A DNA stretch of 64,000 nucleotides from Eledone cirrhosa (GCA_964016885.1 OZ024747.1:77252001-77316000); one strand, 5' to 3'; shown: positions 25,733-42,120, counted from the first letter of the stretch. Made by a program: numbers and translations. Notes: generated by a model not told the origin, from the letters alone.

Positions 25733-28700
25733 TGAGTAACGGAATTCTCCTATAAATTACCCGGCGAAGATTCGAAACCGAATCTAAGAGTTCTCGCGCC
25801 TGACACATTGACCCTACTACGACAATAACGTATACCAAGAATACACACTCAAACATAATAAGTTTAATTTGTTTAATGTTATGCTTCATCTATTCTTCAG
25901 TCTTCCTGTCATATTGTATCTGTAAGATACAACACAACTTTTACTATATCGTTTTCTGTGATACATGCATTTACGCTAGCTCGTAGAAGCTACTCAGCTA
26001 ATTAATGTAGTGATATTTCATGCCACAATTATTGTAAAATTAACGTTGTTAACATCACAATTCTGGCATTCTTCTTATCAAACATCCATCAAAGAATAAC
26101 ATTTATCCACCACAAATGGTGACCCCGAGTTAAAGCAACACAGCCTTCACTTCAACTGTCAACGCTTACAAATCACATTCTTCACTACATTACACAAACT
26201 TCACCATTCATCCACGGTAGAAATGGCAGTCCAGGCAGCGATTACGTTGAAGATACCACCATTCTGGCTGTACGATCCAATACTTTGGTTCGCGCACATC
26301 GAAGCACACTTCGGATCGTTAGCGAGGCAGTTCGTCTAACTCACGTTATAGGTTCGATGTCTCCTGAAATCATGAACGTTGTTTGGGACCTCATTTTAGC
26401 ACCACCCGGCTCTGTTTCATATGACACATTCAAAGCTACACTAATTAAGAGGGCGTCGGAGTCGCAGCAGAAGCGCTTACACCAGCTCCTTATATCGGAA
26501 GAATTAGGAGACAAAAAGCCAACGCAACTCCTACAGCGAATGAAGCAGCTTCTGGGAGAACATACCCTCCCGGATGAAATTTTCAAGCAACTCTTCCTCC
26601 AGCGTTTGCCTTCAGCCACACAAGTTGTTCTAGCGTTCACCAGGGTGTCCACCTCCATTGAAGAACTCGCTGAGCTGGCGGATAAAATCGTGGAAGTACC
26701 ACATTAGCACTCAACTTTAGCGAATATGACGCCAGCCGTTCCTTCCACCAATGATTTCCTTCACTTCAGTCCCACATTGCCACAGAGATGGCCAATTTAC
26801 ACTCTTTGCTGTTACAGCAAGCAAATCAGATACAGGCCCCGATGCAACAAATTCAGGCCTTGTCACTGGGTAACCCTTCCACGCGTCGATCTAATAGTCG
26901 AACTCGACGATTCGGTGGTCGCTCTAGAAGTCTGAGTGCATCCCGTTATTCGCCAGCAATGTGTTGGTACCACCGTACATTTGGAAGACGGGCGCACAGG
27001 TGCAAGCCTCCCTGTTCATTTTTATAGACATCGAATCTGGGAAACGACACAACCAGAAACTGAATGCGACGAACGTTTCTGGCCCTAATAACCAAAGTCG
27101 CCTGTTTTTCATTTGAGATCGTGTCACAGGCACGCGTTTCCTGGTCGACACTGGTGGTGAAGTCAGCATCATCCCGGTTTCCTGCGTTCCTGGAAAAAGG
27201 AAAGAAATACCTGCCTGGCTCCAAGTGGGGAATCATTCACCTATTACAACATACGGAGAGCAGTCCCTGACACTAAATTTAGAACTACGTCGCACTTTCC
27301 AGTGGGTATTCGTTGTGGTTAAGCTGCCGACCTTTATTTTAGGAGCTGATTTTCTTCAGCACTTCGCTCTACTAGTGGATCTAAAAAAAACCGACGACTC
27401 CACTGGTCTCACTGTGCGCGGCATAGCCGCTCGGACAGCCACAGTAAGTCCAGTTATTTCACGATCGTCAACGACAACCTGGCACATAAAAATGCACGGC
27501 CCACCTGTCGCTGCACGGCCCCGAAGGCTACCACCGGACCATCTTAAGTCCGTCAAACGGAAATTTCAACACATGCTGGATCTCGGCATCATACGTCCGT
27601 CCAGCAGCAACTGGTCTACACCCATACACTGTGTACCCAAGAATTCATCGAAAGACTGGCGAATCTGTGGTGACTACCGTGCACTGAACAACTGCACCGT
27701 GCCTGAATCGTATCCAGTGCCTCATCTACAGAACTTCTCTAGCTCGCTGCACGGAGCTCGAATATTTTCGAAGATCGATCTTGTACGAGCTTACAATCAG
27801 ATACCTGTGAAGCCCGCTGATATTCCGAAGACCGCCGTCACAACACCCTTTGGAATATTCGAATTCCTGCGTATGCCTTTCGGTTTACGCAATGCAGCGC
27901 AGACATTCCAACGGTTCATAGATACAGTCACCAGAGGTCTACCTTTTGTATACGCATACATCGACGACTTACTGGTGGCCAGCGGCTCTGATGAGGAATA
28001 TGAGAAGCACATGCACTTGCTATTCAAACGTTTGCGAGATTACGGTATTGTCATCAACGCCAGCAAGTGTGAGTTCGGAGTTGCGTCCCTTCATTTTCTT
28101 GGACACATCATATAAAGATGGCATTCGCCCACTTTAGGAGAAAGTCAAATCCACCATCGATTTTCCACAACCCACATCTCTCCGCAAACTGCGAGAATTT
28201 CTTGGCCTGGTGAACTGCTACCGAAGATTCATACCCCACTGTGCAGAGACAGCCCAACCGCTCACAGATTTGCTGCGACAGTGTACAACCAAAAACGCGA
28301 ACATCAATCTCAGCGAAGAAGAATATACCGCTTTCGCTGAGTTGAAGATGTTGTCCGAAGCTACAATGCTGAAGTACCCCAAACCTGACGCCCCAATGTG
28401 TGTACTGGCTGATGCATCCGATTTCGGAGTTGGAGGTGTGCTTCAACAACTCTCTGGCGGTATTTGGCGACCTGTATCTTTTTTCTCTAAGCGATTAAAA
28501 CCCGCCGAGACTAAGTACAGCACATTCAGTCGTGAATTGTTGGCAGCAGACCTTGCTGTCAAGCATTTTCAACACATGCTAGAAGGTCGTGTGTTCTCCA
28601 TATACATCGACCACAAACCACTAGTGTACGCGTTCAACGCCAAGCCTGATCGCCACTCACCCACGGAGATCCGACATCTGGACTTCATTTCTCAGTACAC

Positions 28701-28790
28701 AACTGACATTCAGCACATCAAAGGTGCGACCAACTCAGCAGCTGATGCCCTGTCGCGCATGGAGCTTAACGCAATCCACACCACTGCCAC
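25733..28790 (+). mobile_element. Ty3/Gypsy LTR retrotransposon, CsRn1/Kabuki-like, 3'-truncated and frameshifted
   Basis: Putative 5' LTR ending CA at 26114; PBS; gag LKIPPFW..DP.LWFA; CHCC motif CWYHRTFGRRAHRCKPPC; protease FLVDTG; [20 protein letters not shown]; RNase H DAS. Cut by (TA)n(GA)n before the integrase. LTR start uncertain. Confidence 0.9.
26117..26128 (+). promoter_or_regulatory. Primer binding site (tRNA-Trp-like)
   Basis: TGGTGACCCCGA 2 nt after the LTR end; complementary to the tRNA-Trp 3' end. Confidence 0.8.
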
Positions 28791-28799
28791 TTAGATACG

Positions 28800-28901
<102 letters not shown>

Positions 28902-28914
28902 GAGAGAGAGAGAG

Positions 28915-29130
28915 AGAATTCACAAGAATCAAAGCTATGTTCAAAGCATACTCCACTGTACATCAATATATATATATATAAGTATCTGTATGTCTCTTGC
29001 GTTGGAAAGGAGGTCAATTATGTGTACAAACATTGAAAAATGGTCCGAAGATTCCAAGCCTAGGTTTGGATGAAACAATTGTAAGTGAATAAATGCTTTG
29101 AACATAGCTTTGATTCTTGTGAATTCTATA
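28915..29130 (+). mobile_element. Penelope-like pseudo-LTR remnant with degenerate hammerhead
   Basis: ~35-bp inverted ends. CCGAAGA-TTCCAAGCC-TA-GGTTTGGAT-GAA-ACAATTGT-A at 29045-29083 (U4C change, weak stem I). Confidence 0.5.
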
Positions 29131-29302
29131 TAACTGCTCTGTAGAACAACTGATGTTATTACATTGAGCTATTTTTCTTACTGGTAATAAGGTAGTAATA
29201 AATTACTGACCTTCACTGTTTAGGGTTTAAAATATACATAACTATAAAAAGTTTTAATATATACATAACCATAAATAGTATCCCTAATATTATATATATA
29301 TA

Positions 29303-32300
29303 CTAGCAGAAGTACTCGGCGTTACCCGGGTGTAAGTCGCCCTTTTCTCTGTTGTTAAAATGTGTGAAAGTTACTTCCCGCGCATCACAGGTGCAAAAGC
29401 CTTCGAACCTCAAGGAAAAAAAACAGAGGTTAGTAGACGCAGGTGTGTAATTGAGCATAAATAAAGGATCAATTGTAGGTTCACAGTGTATCGTTGAAAT
29501 TGTTCTTTGCACGACTGACGGAAGTCAAATTCACTTGAAATTGAATTTTCAGTTGATTTTTAAAGCAGGGTGAAAAAGTTTTTTTTTTTTTTACAATTTT
29601 CGCGCTCACATGTGCAGAAGAAGAAATAAAAGGGACTTTATCTGAACCGCGGCATACTGGCGAGTCTTTTGCGACAGTTTTCACGAAAATCGGACGTTCC
29701 TGTAAAAAGTTTTCCCATGTGCAACTTTGTCTTGTTTTTTGCGCAAAGTCGAACCCCCGCTTCAGTTTTATTGATTTTTTACACGAATGCGTGACCTCTG
29801 AAGTAGATTTGAGTAGCTAAAAACCTCTCCCGGTAAATTTGCTATAAGTGAAAAAAAGTTGATCAAAATTGTGTCTAGGGTTATTGCCCTTTGCAACAGC
29901 CTCAACGTGTCTTCAAGTATGGTTTGTTAATTTGTTGTGGAACTAAATCGACTTTCGTCAAAACGGACCGAGGAAACAATGTTTCCATTTGTCTTTCTGG
30001 CTGGTGTACCCGGTTACACTCGGGGTTATAAGGCGCTGGATTTAAACGAGTCTGCGCTAAATTCCAGCAGGATGCTTTAACCGAAATAAATGAAGAACAA
30101 ACGTTTCTTTTTGTGCTCCAATCTGTGATATTGGTATTTTGAAAAAAATAGTCCACAAACATCCATGCAGCATGTGTAACGCATGTATCAGGTTATGAGA
30201 AAAAGGGTTTTCGATTCTCCATTCATAAGATACCAAAAATTTGCACGCAAATAAACCAAGATTTTAAGGCACTGCCCAATTCATAGCTGAAAGGTAAGAA
30301 TCAAGTGGAATAATGTTTTGAGACATTGTCAAATGTACAACCGAACAAAAGCAAAGGATATAGCCATTGAAATCTAGGTAGACCAACGAATTTGGTGGGG
30401 TTGTATATCAGAGGATTGTTTTCCTTGTGATTCGCGTCTAGCCTACAAAGTGAAGTTAGATGATTGTAGTCGGTGTTGTATCAATAAAAAATAAAAGCAT
30501 ACGGAAACTTAACACTTACGAATTAAGTGAAAATCACGTTGATATTCCTATCGGAGCAACATGTGCCGAAAAACCTGACGGACTGTTGTGTCAATATTGA
30601 AATCGTAGAAATTACAAATCCCGACCTCTAAGATGTAATGGATAGGCCTTGGAGGTGAAGAGGAAGAATTGGTACAATTGTTTTGCTGAACATGTTTACC
30701 ATTAATTTAAATAGACTTACGCAGCATCATCGTGTGATTTTGTTGTTTATGGCCTAGAATGAGGGCCGGTTAAACGCGGCAGAAAAATAAGCCATGCTGA
30801 TGATGTATAGGGGCGTTGCAGGGAATAGATGCGGCGTTGTGAGTCAATTGTGAGGACAGTGGAAGGCACGCTGATTGCTTGAGAACACGCGATGCTACAC
30901 AGGATCCTTCTCGGCCATAATTGACAGAAAGCCATGTCAGGAGAAATGATAGAGTTGCTATTCATCCTTTGCTTAGCATGATGAACATGTAATTAAAAAG
31001 ATTTACCATGGACTATCGTGCACGTTGGTATTGTGTTTAGCCTGCGAAAATCGGTCGTCAAATGGGGCAACAATAAACCATGCTGATGACGTTTAAGCGG
31101 GTGGCAAGGAATTGATGCGGCATAGATAGCTATGGGAGTCTTGAAGGAGCACGGCGGTCAGGCAAAAGAAAGGGCCGAGGAGGGGATGGTGGCTGACAGT
31201 GCATGGATGCGGCATCCTGAGGCATGACGATGCAGTGGGACGACGGCCATCAGGCAAGGAAGAGGGTAGGGGTGGACGGTGGCAAGGGTGCCGCATGGTA
31301 AGCCAGGGCAGTCTTGAAGGAGCACTGCGGGCAGGCAAAAGAAAGGGCTGAGGAGGGGATGGCGGCTGACAGAGCATTGATGCGGCATGGTGATGCATGA
31401 CGATGCAGTGGGACGACGGCGTGCAGGGAACGGAGAGGGCAGGGGTTGACGCTGGCAGGGATGCGACTTGGTCCCTCAAGACTGCCATGCCTAGGCAGTG
31501 GAAAGGGTCGGGGAGTGGATGGCGGCTGACAGGGCAGGGATGCAACATGATGAGGCATGACGAAAGGGCAGGGTGCATGGCGGCTGACAGGGCGTGGATG
31601 CGGCATGCCAATTGAGTTGCACCTCGGGAATGTAGAGAGCACCGGGAGGCACGATGATTGTTTGAGAAAACCGGGTGCAAGGCAGGATGTTTATCGGCCA
31701 TACATGATCGGTAGGCTTTGTGGGAGAAAGGAATGAATTTATATTTAATTTTGTTAAATATGGTCAAAATGAATGTAAAAGGACTTACACAGGATCGTCT
31801 TCATGTTCGGGCTGTCTTTGGTCTGAGATAATGGGCGGTTATGGGCGGTTATGTGCGGCGCAGGAATAAACCATGCTGATGACATTTGAACAAGTTGCTG
31901 ACAGGGCAGAAATGCCGCATGGTGAGCCATGGCAGTCGTAAGGGACCAAGGCGTGCGGGAAAGGGAGAGGGCAGGGGTTGACGGTGGCAGGGATGCGGCT
32001 TGGTTAGGCATGGCAGTCTTAAAGGAGCACGGCGGGCAGGAAAAATAAAAGGCTGAGGAGGGGATGGCGGCTGACAGGTCATGGATGCGGCATGAGGCAT
32101 AACGATGCAGTGGGTAGACGGCATGCAGGGAAGGGAGATGGCCGGGATTGACGGTTGCAGGGATTCCGCATGGTGAGCCATGGCACTCGTGAAGGACCAA
32201 GGCGTGCGGGTAAGGGAGAGGGCAGGGGAGGGCATGGCGGCTGACAGAGCATGGATGCGTCATGGTGAGGCATGACGATGCAGTGGGACGACGGCGTGCA

Positions 32301-33605
32301 GGGAAGGGAGAGGGCAGGACTTGATGGTGACAGGGATGCGGCTGAGTTAGGCAAGGCAGTATTGAAGGAGCACGGCGGGCAGGCCAAAAAAATGGCTGAG
32401 GAGGGGATGGTGGCCGACAGGGCAGTTATGCGGCATGGTGGGGCATGACGATGCAGTGGGACGACGGCATGCAGGGAAGGGAGAGGGCAGGACTTGATGG
32501 TGGCAGGGATGCGGCTTGGTTAGGCATGGCAGTCTTGAAGGAGCACGGCGGGCAGGCAAAAGAAAGGGCTGAGGAGGGGATAGTGGCCGACAGGGCAGTA
32601 ATGCGGCATGGTGAGGCATGACGATGCAGTGGGACGACGGCATGCAGGGAAGGGAGAGGGCAGGGGTTGACGGTGGCAGGGATGCGGCTTGGTCAGGCAT
32701 GGAAGTCTTGAGCTCTCCCGGAGTGTAGCCAATGGAAATGGGCAGGGGTAGACGGTGGTAGGGATTCGGCATGTTGAACCGTCGCAGTCCTTAGGGATCA
32801 GGGAGGGCAGGCAATGGAAAGGGCCGGGGAATGAATTGCGGCTGACAAGGCAGAGATGCGCATGGTGATGCACAACGATGCAGTGGGTCGACGGCATGCA
32901 GGGAAGGGAGAGGGCAGGGGTTGACGGATGCCTCATTATGCTTCGGTAGTGGGACCACGGGAATGAAGAGAGCGCATGGAGGCTCGATGATTGCTTGAGA
33001 AGAGTGGGCGCAATACAGGATAATGCGCGCGGTATAGTCTTGATAGTCCTTATATAAGAAATGGAAGAATCGGCATAAAAGGTTTGCTGAATATGGTGAG
33101 CGTTAATTTAAAGAGACTTGCGGTGGATAATCCTGATAGATTGAACGTTTTTTGCATGGCGGGAGTTACGACAAATGGAAGTAAGAAGAACGGCGTTTTT
33201 CGGTTGCCGGATTTTGCCTCTGAGGGTTTGATTATCGATTTTTCAAGTACCCACGTTGATCCCCGCATCAAAATACATACCTAAGTCAAATTTCATGGGA
33301 ATCGGACAAATTTCGTAAATATCGATTTTTGCCTCTGGTGATCCAATTTAATGTAGCCCACGTTCATCCACGGATCAAAATACACACTTGCGTCGAGTTT
33401 CATCAAAATCGGACGATTTTTGAAAATATAGATTTTTGGCTTCTGGGGGCCCAATTATCGATTTTTCGAAAATTTCAAGTAGCCTATTCCAATCTACGGG
33501 TCGAGTTTTACATATGTGTCAAGTTTCATAAAAATCGGATGAACGGTGTAGCCTGCAAGTTCGGGACACCAAACAAACAAACAACGCCCAACTTTATATA
33601 TAAGA
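29303..33605 (-). mobile_element. 4.3-kb non-autonomous Helitron
   Basis: 5' A|TCTTATATATAAAG plus (GTTT)n; 3' hairpin CCCGGGTAACGCCGAG then CTGCTAG|T; repeated AATTTCAT..AATCGG motifs at ~33280-33540. That these two ends belong to one element is inferred. Confidence 0.75.
31130..32935. repeat. GC-rich satellite-like array, 173-bp period
   Basis: GGCATGACGATGCAGTGGGACGACGGC anchors at 31221, 31394 and 32096, 32269, 32442, 32615. Confidence 0.85.
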
Positions 33606-33733
33606 TATACATTACTATAGCAGTGATCTCCCCTTAAATAAGGCAAAGGTTATCTCCCTGTGCATATAAATCTATCAGAACGAGTAACGTTGATTAGGTA
33701 CAAGGCTCGAATTTAGAAACATACATACATATG

Positions 33734-34039
33734 CAGTGTACCCCCGGTATTCGCGGAATTTTCCTTAGAACCTAACTAATAACTGTTCGTTGAAATAAAT
33801 ATTCGCGGAATCGAAAATATCTTCCGCGATTTTTTTAATGACTTTTTAATAATAATATACTGTATTTGCCTGCCTATTGGGCGCCCCTTCGCATAAGACG
33901 CTCCCTCTTTTTTTTATTATATTTTACGTTATATGTTGACATTTAGAGGCATTTTTATGGACTACCTCCAATATTCACGGCTTTTCATTCTTTGTGGCTG
34001 CCTAGGAACGTACTCCACTCGAAAACCGGGGGACAACTG
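33734..34039. mobile_element. pogo/Tigger-like MITE
   Basis: CAGTGTACCCCCGGTATTCG ... CGAAAACCGGGGGACAACTG|TA. Confidence 0.7.
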
Positions 34040-34082
34040 TATAAATATATATATATATACATTATAATATATCTGTATTTAT

Positions 34083-34368
34083 AATTGTTTCTACTTTTGG
34101 CCAGCAATTACCCTAGTACATTACTGGTATTTTATTTTATCGACCTCTTAAGGATGAAAGGCAAAGTTAACTTCGGCGGGAATTGAACTCAGACCATAAA
34201 GGGCCGTAACTCTTTGCTGCAAAGCATGGCGTCTGACCCTCAACCGATACTGCCAATCCACCGTCCTTAAATATGTTTCTGCTTTTGGCACAAGGCCAGC
34301 AATTACCCCAGTACATTACTGCTACTTTATTTTATCGACCCCGTAAGGATGAAAAGCAATGTTAACCT
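34083..34368 (-). mobile_element. Nin-type SINE plus adjacent partial copy
   Basis: Same family as 3352-3537. Confidence 0.82.
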
Positions 34369-34745
34369 ATATAAATAATAATAAATAAGTTAGAATGAAG
34401 ATGGTAAAAAATAAGTAAAAAAATATATATGTGAAAAAAAATGAACATAATATGATTGTTGAAAATAGTTGTGGTGGGGATGGTGGTAGTGTTTAAAGTT
34501 ATAATGGTATGTAAGTATAAAGATGTGATGGTATAAATATGAAAATATTAAATATATATTGGTTAAATTACAGAGGGTTATATTAGGAAGAAATAATACA
34601 AGGATAAATTAATAAATTGGAAGTTATGTGAGAGGTGAAGAGAACATGATAGGATATAATGGAAGAGGTGAAATAGTTTTAGGGAAAGAGAGGTTAGGAG
34701 TTTATGATGTTGATTTAGTGATTAGTTGGTCTATTGACAGTTAAT

Positions 34746-34933
34746 AATTGTTTCTACTTTTTGGCACAAGGCCAGCAATTACCCAGTGTATTACTGGTAC
34801 TTTATTTTATCGACCCCGTAAGGATGAAAGACAATATTAACCTCAGCTGGATTTGAACTCAGAATGGCAAGGGCCGTAACTCTATGCGTCAAAGCATGTC
34901 GTCCGACCCTCTATCGATACTGCCAATCCACCG
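34746..34933 (-). mobile_element. Nin-type SINE
   Basis: A box, B box and core present. Confidence 0.85.
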
Positions 34934-35408
34934 CTATCTGTATCTGTATTTATAACATTATACAGTCTGCAGTGCTGAAACAGAGGGGACAACAAATTAT
35001 GGGAGTACTCATGCATGGGGAGACGCAGAATAAGTATAAAGATACGGATTGCTTGGCGCTGCAGTCGGAATTATTCCTCTCGCTATCTATATATATAAAA
35101 CTGTTGTTGTCTGTGTGTGTCCCCTCATTTTTGCAAAGTCTATACAAATCCACATTTCTACTCCGATTGACTTCAAACTTGCATTTATATATTCCTTGCG
35201 GTCTAAAGATACTAACTGCAGCTTTTATTTTTCAATTTTCTGTTGTTAAAGGGGAGTTAGGCGCCGATTATCGATCTCCGTCGAGCCCTTATAATATCTG
35301 TCTGTATGTCTGGCTGTCTGCATGACGACATTCTGACGAACATGTCATTGCTGACGTATTATCTTCGCTACATTCACACACACACACGCACGCACGAACA
35401 CACACGGG

Positions 35409-36680
<1,272 letters not shown>

Positions 36681-36711
36681 TAATAACTTGTGTGTTACAC
36701 CTCTATTCTTT

Positions 36712-36715
<4 letters not shown>

Positions 36716-36784
<69 letters not shown>

Positions 36785-37072
36785 GTATATATATATGTAT
36801 ATATATATGTATATATATACATATATGTATATATATGTATATATATGTATATATATGTATATATATACATGTATATGTATATGTATACATATATGTATAT
36901 ATATACATGTATATGTATATATATACATATACATGTATATATATACATATATATACATGTATATGTATATATATGTATATATATGTACATATATGTATAT
37001 ATATGTATATATATACATATATGTATATATATACATATATGTATATATATATACATATATATATACATATAC

Positions 37073-37137
<65 letters not shown>

Positions 37138-37148
37138 CAAACACATAT

Positions 37149-37198
<50 letters not shown>
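36716..37198. repeat. Compound (TA)n/(TATG) microsatellite, ~480 bp
   Basis: Seen directly. Confidence 0.95.
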
Positions 37199-37200
<2 letters not shown>

Positions 37201-37777
37201 TAAAATATATGATAAACACAAAACGTGTTTGCATTGCAACAGACAGTCAGCTATTAATGAAATAAACTAATTAAAGTGAATACAATTTGTCTGTCTCGAT
37301 ATAAGTGAATAAAGACAATCTTATATTGGCAACTGCCATGATTCCTTTTTTGATGTGAGATGTACTAATTTCTACTGGATTCCTGTTGATATGCACAGAA
37401 GATTTGGATATTTCACTTTTTATTTCAATTCCATTTCGATTCTCTTTATTTTTTAAATTCACATACCACCATTGCGAAACGGATTTAGGTTTCGAGGTTC
37501 AAATTCGTCTACAGAACAGGTTTGGATTTTGAAATTTAAATCTGTCCAGGAATCATGGCAGTTGCCAATATAAGATTGTCTTTATTGACTTATATCGAGA
37601 CAGACAAATTGTATTCACTTTAATTAGTTTATTTCATTAATAGCTGACTGTCTGTTGCAATGCAAACACGTTTTGTGTTTATCATATATTTTAATGTATT
37701 TAACTGCTCGGAAATGCCCCTTTCCTGGAGCTTAATTATTGTAAAGGACTGAGAGCTTATTCTCAAAATATTATATA

Positions 37778-37836
<59 letters not shown>

Positions 37837-38654
37837 CAAACACATATACATATATATATATATATTGAGATAAGCGGAGCAAGCAAGATTCAAACAATTT
37901 TTTTTTTAATAAATTAAAAAATATAATTTAAATATTTACCTATCCCAATTGCTTTTACCGACGGTTTCACTTCACAAAAGATTGGAGATCCCTAGGGACC
38001 TCCAATGGAAAAGTTTAGATCAACAGAGACCATTTTCCTTTCCTAGGACAAAAAGTCCCAGGAACGGCAAAATATATTGCCATCTGCCAGCTAGCACAGA
38101 ATCGAATGGGGTCGTAAATTTGACCTATGCATGAACCAGCCCTTAGTAGAAGCGGAAGTAAACATAGACGTGTTGTCTACCTCGCCACTAAAAATAGCAG
38201 CTAAATAGAACAACAGATTTTTTCTCTACATAACGGAGAATATTAAAAGAAGTTAATATCGCCACAGGTACTAAGTACCCCTGGAAATATATAGGGTGTC
38301 TATGATACAAGGGTTGTTCTATGGTATTAATTTGACATACCAGAACTATAAAATTGAGATAAGCGGAAGGAAAGGAAAATGGTCTCTGATGATCTAAACT
38401 TTTCCATTGGAGGTCCCTAGGGATCTCCAATCTTTTGTGAAGTGAAACCGTCGGTAAAAGCAATTGGGATAGGTAAATATTTAAATTATATTTTTTAATT
38501 TATTAAAAAAAAATTGTTTGAATTTTGCTTGCTCCGCTTATCTCAATATTATAGTTCTGGTATGTCAAATTAATACCATAGAACAACCACTGTATCATAG
38601 ACACCCTATATATTTCCAGGGGTACTTAGTACCTGTGGGCATATTAACTTCTTT

Positions 38655-38655
<1 letters not shown>
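37196..38655. repeat. Cluster of nested fold-back inverted repeats
   Basis: 37196-37345 vs 37548-37698; 37864-38042 vs 38370-38548; 38245-38366 vs 38533-38655. Confidence 0.88.
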
Positions 38656-38717
<62 letters not shown>

Positions 38718-38809
38718 GTATACATATATATGTGTATACATATACAAATATATGTATACCTCTACCTAGAAACATATACAAATATATGTATATATACACA
38801 CACACACTA

Positions 38810-38840
<31 letters not shown>

Positions 38841-38912
38841 CACACATACATACATACACACACACACACATATATATATATATGCATACATACACACATA
38901 TATATATATATC

Positions 38913-38984
<72 letters not shown>

Positions 38985-40182
38985 GTCGCTTTAACCCGTC
39001 TTTTATTATTCAAAAAACTTCTTGCCAATAAACATTAACCCTTTGTGTGCTATTCATCTAACTGTAGACCAACAAATACCAACTAAATGGAGCGTTGACA
39101 AGAACGATGGCGAATAAATCTTCGAGGTAAGCAGTTTCCTCCCAAGATGTTAGTTCACGCGGGATTCTCTGCTACACCTTTTCGTAATAATACCGAACAA
39201 CGTACTGCTGGTCACTCCTTCCTCGAAAAGCCGTACAAAGCGGACATGTGCATCGAGCAGATGGATCGGGTGCAAATCTACACCAGGCCTACGCGAGAAA
39301 TTCGCAAGGGACTGCACCGAGAAGGATAGAGAGAAAGAGTAACTTAGTGGAAAGAGTGCGGATGAACTTTTGAGGTAAGTAGCCTACGCCTTATTGCTAT
39401 TGCACAGGAACCGTCTGCCAACTTAACCTGTGACTTTCTCTTTCACATTTACTCCAATAGGCCAAAACAGAGGTTTATGAAAAGAAGGGGCTCAACAATA
39501 TTTCTATGAACAATGCACGTATTCAGCTAAACTGTACTTTCAACTTCTTAATTTTCTCCAAATAAAACAAGTTTACTGTCGGTATATTTTCGTGAGTTTT
39601 TAACAGGCACTCATAAATAAACGTTTCTCATTGGAGGTGCTATTACCAATGTTCTTACCCGTGCAACGCCGGGATACACTGCTAGTATATAATATATCTA
39701 TATTTTTATGCGAAATAGTTATGTAATTAAATAATTGTTTCTACTTATTAAATTTTGCTAATCTATCTCCGGCGAAATTTTATTTTAACTGGTAGCATTC
39801 CTACAACAATTAATTTTCTTTATACATTAAAAAAATAAACAAACATTATAGATGACAAAAATAAAGTACATTTCTAGAAACCCCATACGTTATAAAATAA
39901 ATAGGATGAGTTGGGGTCTCAATAGGTAAACTAAATGAATAATTCTGTTTTTTTTATAAGATCAAGGGAGACAACTTAGAAAGAGTTACTGATTCCACCC
40001 ATTCACAACTTATCCGACTTTTTGACAACTATGGCATCTGTGTTTGTAATTTCAAGCTATCTATATTTGGGAGGAAATGTCAACTTTGCTGTTATGTACA
40101 TAATTTCATGTACATAATTTCATATATATCGCATATTGTTACACATATTTACCAGATTCATCTATAGTATGTATGTATGTAT

Positions 40183-41018
<836 letters not shown>

Positions 41019-41399
41019 TATTTATGTATGTATGTATGTATGTATGTATGTATGTATGTATGTATGTATGTATGTATGTATGTATGTATGTATGTATGTA
41101 TGTATGTATGTTCTGTGTCCATATATCTATCTACTAAAACAAGTAGAAAAATGACTAGCACTAGATTCACAAAGAGGATTCCAGTTGACGGACCAATTAT
41201 TGGTTCGTCAAGTATGAAATTTGTAGAAATTTGTTTCTTTTCTAGAAATTTCTAGAAATTTCATACTTGACGACCTAATAATTTAAGCATCGCAACCATG
41301 AGATTCTGCATGAAATATTCAGCAGGTGTCTTGTATATGCCACGACGGCCTCCATACGATTCCATCTGTAGTTACTGCATACACGCCCTTATGAAGGAC

Positions 41400-41830
41400 C
41401 CTACATACCTGCTTACTCCCTTTCTGATGAGAACCACATTTTCCTTCCTAATCTTTTCTCTCTCCTAACTTCACTCGTTTCTTTCTCGATGAAGGAGTAA
41501 TATCCGATACGTTGGAGGCACTAATAATATGTTTTGTAATTTTTTTTTTGTGTGTTTGTTTTCACCGTTTTCAAGGCTACACATACACACAAAGATATAT
41601 ATAAACGCCAGCATCAACAGTTTTCCAAGAGATGGCAACATCAATGGACCTCTTATTTTTCTCTAAAAACATTTTTCGGATTCCTCCCTGCCCGTCCCTT
41701 CAATCTTTTTAATTTATCATTCTTTCTTCCTATGAAGGACTAGCGTCCGAAACGTTAAGACCTTCTTCCTGCTATTAAAACGGCATTAGGGTTTAAGGGC
41801 TCTTTCTCTTTTATTTGTATACACAAACAG
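41400..41830 (+). mobile_element. Penelope-like pseudo-LTR remnants with two degenerate hammerheads
   Basis: TCGATGA-AGGA..TCC-GATACGTT (~41486-41518) and TCTT-CCTATGA-A-GGAC-TAGC-GTCC-GAA-ACGT-T-AAGA (~41725-41760). Confidence 0.5.
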
Positions 41831-42120
41831 ATATTCAAATATTTGTAATTACACTGTTATCTGTGAGTCGTTTATTATTTATATCTCAATATGACGAGTG
41901 CCTATGTCTTTCGTCTTCGACAGATACTCGATAGAGGGGATCAGTGCTTCACCAGACCTGTCAACTTTCCCCGTCCGACGGAGAGATCTCCCCGTTTTGG
42001 CTCATCTCTCATAATATATATATAGTGTATATATATGTTGTGATGTCACTGGTGCCAAGCTGTATCAGCCATTGCTTTTCCCTTGGACAACATCATATAT
42101 AGTGTATAATATATACTTCT

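Noticed and set aside
31093-32936. Pro/Cys/His-rich minus-strand ORFs
   Set aside because: The 173-bp period is not a multiple of 3, frames shift between units, and no domain is recognisable.
36690-37270. YI/CV/HT-repeat ORFs here and throughout the window
   Set aside because: Stop-free dinucleotide and tetranucleotide microsatellites.
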